Source: Spizellomyces punctatus DAOM BR117 | Taxonomy: Eukaryota | Length of the DNA: 64,000 nt | Direction: 5' to 3' (one strand) | Assembly (NCBI GenBank): GCA_000182565.2 | Contig: KQ257452.1 | In this document: one piece after another, positions 53,951-64,000 of the stretch | Position numbering within the stretch: position 1 is the stretch's first letter | Layout: each line of letters begins with the position of its first letter | Translations under genes and position numbers: made by a program | Notes under the pieces: model-generated | Told to the model about the DNA's origin: nothing | The model's input: the letters and a program-made list of their open reading frames with translations, nothing else | The model's database searches: none

Positions 53951-54610
53951 GACGCAAAATGAAGCAGAGATTCCACTAGCTTGAACCAGGAAAATAGATT
54001 TATGGGGACCAACAGCTATAATAATAGGCAGCAGTCGTGAACCTGAGGGCATTTTCATTACGGCGAACCGACGATGACGAGACAAAAACTTGGTCGCGCA
54101 ACTAAGCCACGAAGACCATGCTCATCAGGACAGTTTGCAGTTTGGCGGACAAGAATCCAAGGAAATTAGATACTGTCTTACGCTTGCATACTAGCCTGGA
54201 CCAACAGCAACAGCGTCTAACGGTATCAATGGGATTGCTCCGTTTAGTTGAGATCTGATATGTAGACTGTCGCTCAAACCAATCTATGTGATGCTGATAG
54301 GTATGCTCATTACAAACGCCATTCAACGTGCGCCTTCACTCGGCTGTCCTGCAGCTCTTCCCATTATCTACATCTGGTACATTTCGTATTTCCCTTTGGA
54401 CTTGATAAAAGTCGCTGAATGTCCACTTTCATCTCGACCCAGCTGAAACGTTGTGATAATGGAACCATTGATTGGAACCGGTGCGATTTGCTAATAATCG
54501 AACGGTCCGCTCTTGTAACGATGTCATTTGCACTTACAAACTGAACTGAGAATAACCCATTAAGTGCGTCTTCCCCGCATTGTAGTCCCAGCCGCCAAGT
54601 ACCAGGAAGC

Positions 54611-57231
54611 ATGTCTGGGGCTTTTCGGCGGCGGGGCAACAGGTTTGATGGTCGCGATAGTCCTCTCCCTCAGTCCAGGACGACGACGACAAGGAAAGGC
54701 AGGAGCTACAAATGGTCCTTTTCCCTTTTCGTCTTGGGACTTGGGACTCTGATATTAGCTTGGAAAGCACTCTTTAAACTCGATGCCGTAGCTGGACCAC
54801 CTGAGAGCGTCCCCGTGGAGCGAGAAACGGCCCGTGCTGAAGTTCTCGTTGCCGAAGTGCAACCTCTGTCTTCGCCGACCATCACAAACCTGCCTTCAAC
54901 GGCGTTGCAGAAAGTGCAGAAGGTCAGCCACGCAACAAATGACGCTGTGGAGACTGCAACAGTGACAAATAGACTGCCGACAAACAAGAAGTTTGAAAAG
55001 GATAATCCTGTCAGTACTACGGTGGTGTATACGACACCGTCCGTTGATCATGCACAGAAGCAGGTGGCGCATGCAAATGCCACGGAGCTCAATCAAAAGG
55101 CAGAACTTGACGACAAGCGTTCCCAGCAACAGGGCGATATGGTTAATCAAGCACGTTTGAGTAGCAACGTCAATCAGACGCTTTCGGAGGACGATCGCAA
55201 ATGGCTGGAATCACAAGTGGAATATGAGCTGGACGATGACGCAGCTCAGCAGGCCCGCTTGGAAGAAAATAAGAAGAATGGTTAGCATCTATGTTTTGCA
55301 GAATGATGGACCATTGGATGTTGACGATGTATTTCATTACTTGCAGCAGAGAAGAAGAAGAAGCTGGCGCATGTTAACAAGAAGGACAATACAGCTGCCT
55401 ATATATTCCCTACCTTACCGTCCTCTTCAGTATGGTGTTATGGGGAAGACCGTGCATCCCGTATCTGCCGCTTTCGCAATCTCTGCTATCTTCCCTCAGA
55501 AAAGCAGTGGTTCATCACGCAAACCAATCGTACCATTCAGTCCAATGTCCCTTTGCACCGTTTCGCTGACGGTCTCCTAGAGCTCTCCACCGTAGAGGGT
55601 CACACACTATTCCGCTTCAATTTTGTTGAAGTCAGTCCGTACAACCCGCGCTTTAGAAATCTACCTGTGCGATATGAAGAGAAGCTCCACTTTATGTTTT
55701 CTCGCTTGCATCCGAACAACATCATGCACAACTTGCACGATGACGTATTGGGAATGTATTTTGTTCTTAAGGAATTCGTCGGAAGAGGATCTCAGCGACT
55801 GGGCATGCCTTTCTCACTGGATACACACCGTGTCTTGATTTACGATGGTTACGGGGCATCCCAGGCGACGCGGCCATTCCAGTATCTATCGAGTAAGCCG
55901 CTGCGCTTCAGAGCCTATCTTGATCAAGATGAAGATATCGTTACCTGTTTCCGGGATATCGTACTTGGTAATAGCAAGCAAACAACCTGGTATCAGTACG
56001 GATTTGAAGAACCTCAGGGACCAATACGAAACAAGACGCCGAATGGCATGCTTATTAGGGAGGTGTCAGAGTGGTTTACCAGGAGAATGGGCTTGTCATT
56101 AGGGGAAGATGAACAGTACGATAAAGATTCGGGCAAGTCAGAGGCAACTGCTAATAACGCCCCTGCTGAGCCCGTTGCGTCAGTGGACTTTCCAGAAACG
56201 GATTTAATCGTTATCATGGGCCGCCGGAGCAATCGCCTCATCTTGAATGAACGACAATTGAAATCTGCGCTAGCAGCTGCATTCAACCTTAAAGTGCAGG
56301 TTGTGACAAACGAAAAACACAGTTTTGAAGAGCAGGTGGCATTTATGCGCCGTGCTCGGGTCGTGGTGGGTACGTCGCCTTGGCCGATAAAGAACCACCG
56401 CCGCCTCTGCTGTTGCTTACCCCACGTTCTTTCCTAGGTATGCATGGCAGCATCTTAGTCATGGCTATGTTTTGCAGAAGGGGAACAGTTTTGCTGGAGA
56501 TGTTTCCTTTTGGTGTCCCAAGTGAAAATTACACCCCGTATCGGACCATGGCTGATCTGCCGGGTATGGCGTTGGTATATCGAGCATGGGAGGTACGTTA
56601 TGACAAACATTTGTTCCCTTTCAGCAGGTTGCAGTTGGCAGAAACAGCTTAATTATTCAATTCCTTTCAGGCGTCAGTCGAGTCTGAATGTGTCCCTCAT
56701 CCTGAAAATCATCCCTTACTTGGAGGCATCGAACATCTGCCTTCAGACAAACAAGTGCTAGTGCGTGAGATGAAACGTGTCCCAAAGCACATTTGCTGTG
56801 ACAATCCTTTCTGGTTGTATAGGATTTACCAAGACACACGGGTGAACATTACAGAGGTTATATCACTCATTGAGTCTGGTCTTCAGGAATCCAGAGGGCT
56901 TCTTTCTACCGTGCGGGTCACAAATTGGGAAGAAACTGAACTGCTTCCACCGCCCGTGAAGGGGATCGAATGTCTGGATGGTCCCACCCGCGATCCTGGC
57001 GAATTATGGGTCAAATGGGCACTGCCTTGGACCGGAGCCGCAGTGGATCAATGGAATGTGCTTATTTCAGTTCCTGACGATGAACAAAGAGGGAGCGAAC
57101 ACTGGGTCCCAGGAGATAAACCAGCTTTGTCAGTCAAAGGATTCAAAGCAGGTCAGCGTTTGAGGGTTTTCATCCGGCCAGTGGTAGGCTCTTTTACTGG
57201 TGAATGGAGCAAAGGTCGGTGTATTGTTTAG
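54611..57231 (+). CDS. Type II membrane GT61 glycosyltransferase with C-terminal FnIII-like domain (POMGNT2/GTDC2-like)
   Basis: N-terminal TM; CRFRNLCY, PNNIMHNLHDD, TTWYQYGFEEPQGP, NRLILNE, GMHGS, YTPYRTMADLPGM, CCDNPFWLYRIYQDT. Confidence 0.85.
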
Positions 57232-58062
57232 AAACGGCACATAGATATCTTGTGACATAATAGAATGCAGTTATTTAAGCAAGGGGATTAACGAGCGCCC
57301 ACCTAAATGCCAACGCAGGAGCGGATACTTAATTTTACTCCCGTTGCCATGCACCTGGCACATCATGCAGGTTAAAACTGAAACTGTTACATCTCATTCT
57401 GGCAAGCATGAGTTTTATCATTAATCTGTAACTCCCTTATTGTTAACAGATTATCAATCCGTTCAATTAGTATGGCTCTACATGAAATGAACTTTGGATG
57501 AGCTGATTTTCATAACGTTCGGATTTGTCGTTCAGTCAGTCTTTCTCATGCAAAAACATTCACATGTGAAGCAAGAGTTGAAAGGTCAAGCCATGCGAAT
57601 AATGTACACAGTCAACTGATGCTCCTCTTGACCAGTTCACAAAGTGTGTCGTAGTCACTCTTTCTTCCCAACAAAGACAATCTCGCTTACTGTTGGATTT
57701 ACTGCTCCACAATAGTTGTCGTTGACACATCCATATCGTTCATTACCAGTATGCAGAATGCGCCCATCACTCCACAATATCCAATGACATGCGTGCAGCA
57801 GACTTCTCAAATTGCCACGGAAAAGTTTTTGCGCTCCGCTTCCGGTGGCTTTGCAGTGTTTGGGAGACAAAAACAAATTAAGGTTTTAAAGCTCTCCGAA
57901 ATTGCTCCATGCGTTGAGACGCGGATGCGGCCATATTCGACCATCCGCATAAGCAATCTGTCATCTTGTATATCAGCTATTTAACGAGCGAAAGGTTGCT
58001 TCCTCCCCTTCTTTCAGATTAACAGCCACTGTCAATACTCTAAAACCCACCAACAGTTGACT

Positions 58063-58518
58063 ATGACGACCGCCAAGCCCTTTGACATCGTTGCCGCCGC
58101 GCGCAAGGATCAGCTCAAGATGCGTGACTTTTATCTAGGCCTGTTCAAAGGCGTCCACTCTGATGAAGTCATCCTCGAAGCTGCCAAGACTTTTGCCCCT
58201 AATTTCAAAGCAATTTATTTTTGGGGAGACGTCGTGGACGGGGCTGGCTGGATCGAAAAGACAAAGTGGATGCGCGAAAATTGTCCGCAGGACAGTACCC
58301 AAAAGTGTATCGAGTTGCAGTACGAGGTCGTGTGGCAGACTGAGGACCATTGTCAACTCTTTTTCAAGGAAAGTTGGGGTGGTGAGGGTCAAGATGGGGT
58401 TCTTGTCACTGATTCGACGGCGGTGTACAGGAGGGACGCTTCAAAGCCAGACGGTGTCGCTTTGCTGTACTACCAAGAGACAAAGGTAGACGCAGAGACC
58501 ACCATGAAAATGTGTTAG
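58063..58518 (+). CDS. Small intronless protein, possibly NTF2/SnoaL-like fold
   Basis: 151 aa ORF; FAPNFKAI..WG.VVDG pattern and terminal LLYYQET strand resemble DUF4440-type folds. Confidence 0.5.
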   Translation: MTTAKPFDIVAAARKDQLKMRDFYLGLFKGVHSDEVILEAAKTFAPNFKAIYFWGDVVDGAGWIEKTKWMRENCPQDSTQKCIELQYEVVWQTEDHCQLFFKESWGGEGQDGVLVTDSTAVYRRDASKPDGVALLYYQETKVDAETTMKMC

Positions 58519-58934
58519 CTAGTTGGGTAGCTAGCTGACTTGAATCATATTCCATATACCGATTGCTGCTGTTCTTGTAAATATATGCTCCATATCTAGT
58601 TGTCATGTCCCTAAAGGTTGCGTGACTTGTTCGACTCCTTTTGCTCAATTGTTCTGCCTGATATCTTGTTCCTATTAGAGTAAGCGCTTCATTTTGGGGG
58701 GAAACTGACACCAGCTCACAGGAATTAGAAACGTGCAAACAATATGCCATTCAGTAGCACAATGTTCACAAGGTTGGAAGCGCTGGGGGCGATATGTTGC
58801 AATAACAAAAATCCTTTTATAATCCCAAAAAATAAGAAGTGTCGATGCATGAAAGGTACACACTATCCTATATATTACAAATCGCCTAGGAATAGGACGT
58901 ATTAATTTGTGGACACAATCAATCCGTCATGCCT

Positions 58935-60656
<1,722 letters not shown>

Positions 60657-60969
60657 TTCGGTAGTTCTTGGAGGTTAAGAGCTGTAGATCACCAGTCGGG
60701 TGATATGTGCGAGCCATAGCCGCTGAGTTGGTCAGGTCAGGTGGCTGTGCACCACCATTCCACCCAATGCGGATAGCCATTCGAACCGGCGTGATGTGAC
60801 GCATCCAGGAAAAGTTGCAGTTGTCAAGGACTTGTTTGGAGGCGAGCTCATCTTGCCAGTTGGACGCAGCACGGCGATTCGCTGGTTCGTACAATGTTTC
60901 CCTAGTTTTATTGTATCGCGGTGAGTGCTCATCCGTCCTGTTCTCTGCCGTGATTTAGGACCTAGCATC

Positions 60970-63392
60970 ATGTGGAGAACACACTGTGCTGCTGCTGGCA
61001 AGCAGCGATTTTCATCAACACGGAACGGTCTGAATCGGGTAACAAATCGTTCATGCCTTCCCTGTCCGGTAAGCAACTCTCCACACAAACAGATGGAAAG
61101 GATGTATATTCACTCAGCGTTTGGTAACCAGGCCCTTCCCATACGCACTTTCGCCTCTGGCACTTCCTCATCCACATCGTCTTCGACCCCCGTTTTTAAA
61201 TACACACTTGCTTTCTTGCTGGTTGCAGGTGCAGGATATACGGGTGCAGCATACTATGCACTTCACGACCCAGCTTTCCGGAAGATTTGGGTAGACAATG
61301 TTCCTGGAGGGGAAGGAGCGCTTCAAACTGTCTCCTCTGCCGCTGAAACTGTTAAAGGAACGAGCGTAGAGGAGGTGAAGAAAACGGCAGAAAACGTTCG
61401 TGGTACTGTAGCGGAGAAATACGAGAAGACTGTGGAAACTATCTCTGGACTCAAGGACGGTGCGACCAAAGGTTATCAGACTGCTGTAGAAAAAGTTCAT
61501 GAAACCCAGGATGCCGCTCAAAAGAAGATTGAGAACGTAACGGCTTTTGTGAATAGCATAAAAAATGATGCCGTGGCGACATATGAAAGTGCCCACGACA
61601 AGGTCAAACAGGCGGAAGCTTCGGTACGCGGTTTTGCGGCCAGTGTAGAACAAACTTACCATAACACGGTGAATAGTGTGGAGGACACATATGAAAGCGT
61701 GAAGAGCATGATCACAGGGGAGCCACCGAAACCAAAGGTATTTATTGCGTCTACTTGCTGTCCGGTTCATTGTCCGCGCACAGAGTTGATAACATTTCTT
61801 AGCCTCCAAAGCCCGTTGTTGTGGACTCAAAGCCCCCGTCCCCTCCACCTTCCCCCATTGCAACCCCCGCTCCGCCAGCTAAATCAGCGGTGAAATTGAA
61901 GTCTCCTGAAACTGTCCCTTCCGAACCCGAGGTCAAGCTTTCTCCTAAACCGAAGAGTGAACAGGAACCAGCAGCGCTCGAGGTTGATGTCGTAGTGACG
62001 GAGGAACCAAAACAGGTTGTTGTTGAACCCGCTGTACGTACTGCTATAGTTATTGAGGACGATGCACCTGCTAAGGCGGGGGTAGTGGTTGTTACGGGAG
62101 AAGGTCCCGCTATTGTACCTGCCACTGAGAAGCCCGCGACTAACGAGCCGGTTGGAAAGTCGGTGGCTGGTGATGCATTGGAAGTCTCCTTCAAAAATAT
62201 CGAGGCGGCGTTCCAAACTGCCCCCGATCGTCCGATTGCGCGAAGCCTAGCCCACTCAATCACGAGTCTGGCAGTCACACTTGGTACTCTCATTGGGTCC
62301 ACCAGTGAGGAGGGAAGAGTCAAACTTGAGAAAGCTCGCAGTGAGCTTGTTGCTCTCACGAACTACCTCAATGCCTTGGAGACGGAAGAGGCAAATTTGA
62401 TTCAAACAGCACTTCAGGAACAGGCTGCCAAGTTCGGGAAAACTTTGAAGAATCATGTTGAGGCTGCTCAGAAGGCTCTAGGAGATCAAAGCAGAGAGTA
62501 CGAGGACAGGTTTAGCAAGGTCCTCAAGGAGGACCGCGAGCGATTGATATCTGAGCACAATGCCGAGCTGGCTGAGAAGCTTTCCAAACAGGCTAAGGAA
62601 TTTCAGGCGGCCCTGGACGAAAATTTGAGAAAGCAAGCGGAGGAACTGGAAAAGCATTGGGCCAAGGAAGTGAAGACCAGAGTTGATGAAGAACGGGGTG
62701 GACGTTTGGCTCGATTGGATCATCTGGCATTGAAGTTAAAATACCTGGAGCGGATCAGCATCGATGCAGGCGAGTTGCTGGACCGGAGCCATAGACTGCA
62801 CCGCCTATGGTCAGCACTTAAGGCTGTAAATGATGTCCTTGAGCAGCCCTATCAGGCATCGCTGGCAAAGGAAGTGGCTGTACTGAAGCAACTCGGGGAG
62901 GGCTTCCCTGTTGTGGAAACCGTCGTCCAAGCCATCCCGGCGGAAGTAATTCGGGAAGGAGTCCCCACCGTGTTTGACTTGGAACACAGTTTTGAAAGGG
63001 TCAGAGACTCTGTTCGGAAGGCTCAATTCATTCCACCTCACGGTGGGCCAGTTTCCTACGCAATTTCATCTGCTCTGAGTTATGTGACTTTCAGAAAGAA
63101 GGGCCTTGTTCCTGGGGACGACGTCGAATCGGTTTTGGCACGAACAGAATTCTTTTTGAGGGAGGGTGATGTGGATACTGCTGCTCGGGAGCTGAACCAG
63201 CTGAAGGGGTGGCCTCGAGCGCTGGCAAAGGACTGGTTGAAAAGCGCAAGGAGGTACCTGGAACTGAAGCAGGCTTTGGAGGTAGGCATCTAAATACGTA
63301 TTGCTGCTATGGTGTTGCCATGCTAAGGAAAACATTTTTGTTGACAGGTTGTGGAAACTCATTTGAGTCTAATGAGTTTGGGGGCTGTGTGA
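60970..63392 (+). CDS. MIC60: MICOS subunit Mic60 (mitofilin)
   Basis: Presequence-like N-terminus, single TM, coiled coil, mitofilin domain GDDVESVLARTE...AARELNQLKGW...AKDWL..ARRYLE. Confidence 0.93.
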
Positions 63393-63616
63393 GGTCGGTT
63401 ATCGGTGTAGACAAGAGTTTCTTTGTATTTTCGATAGAGTAAATTGGCATTGGATAATATCGCTTGATATCTCATAGGCCATTTTGAAAGGTTATACCGA
63501 CTCGAGAGCACACTCCCCCGTCATATGAATAAGATTATGCAACTCTAATGCTCTATACACTATGTGCCGCATCCCGCATACAAGTCAAATGCCATGACTC
63601 CCACTACAATTAGCAG

Positions 63617-64000
63617 CTATGGTACTCTGTCCAGCAGTAGCGACTCAATATCTGGCGAGCAAACAAATCTCTTCGATACATCGCCAAGGATATAACAAGC
63701 CGGTTTCTCCGCGTCAACCGCGACCACGTTTTGCAAGAAGCTCGTCTCAGGCCCTGGCGTAACCTGTGCATATGCAAGTCTAATGAGCTCCAGTTCTCAA
63801 CAATAGATCGCGAAGCGATACTCACGTCAAACATGATATTGCCCATTTTTAGCTTCATCTTGCCCGATCGATATAGCACCAGTTTGCCCACTCTACCATC
63901 GGGACCAACTGACTTTTGCGCCGCATCTGGATCGGTTTTTATCTTTGGGTCTGCCTTTACGTGCACAGGCCGTGAGTCTGTGGAGACCTGTGCTTCGACC
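63617..64000 (-). CDS. RPC53: RNA polymerase III subunit RPC4/C53, 3' part only
   Basis: GRVGKLVLYRSGKMKLKMGNIMFDV|...SFLQNVV...LGDVSKRFVCSPD. Confidence 0.88.

Noticed and set aside
61168-62359. Long antisense ORFs over MIC60 (and similar ones over other genes)
   Set aside because: Shadows of the coding strand, with no protein-like motifs

Overview
Gene-dense, intron-rich eukaryotic DNA with short (~45-90 nt) GT-AG introns. Gene content and the transposon point to an early-diverging fungus, probably a Spizellomyces-type chytrid (inference). About 25 spliced genes are recognisable, including PRO3, a DH-BAR-SH3 RhoGEF, VIP1, CSN7, a chromodomain/zinc-finger protein, spastin, RIO2, class II DAHP synthase, ERG8, a Ddl-like ATP-grasp protein, separase, RBX1, Y14, a POMGNT2-like GT61, a CaM kinase, MIC60 and RPC4, plus one tRNA-Ser(AGA). 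The standout is an accessory island (~25.7-30.8 kb, next to an assembly gap). It holds a ~2.1 kb TIR-bounded, TA-flanked, transposase-less element encoding a Fanzor1 (eukaryotic TnpB-derived RNA-guided RuvC endonuclease, SpuFz1-like). The element has a CATA TAM at the left junction and an omegaRNA scaffold at the right end. This copy carries a 1-nt frameshift and lacks 21 nt of the right TIR/omegaRNA. Exon boundaries were inferred by eye; no database searches were run.
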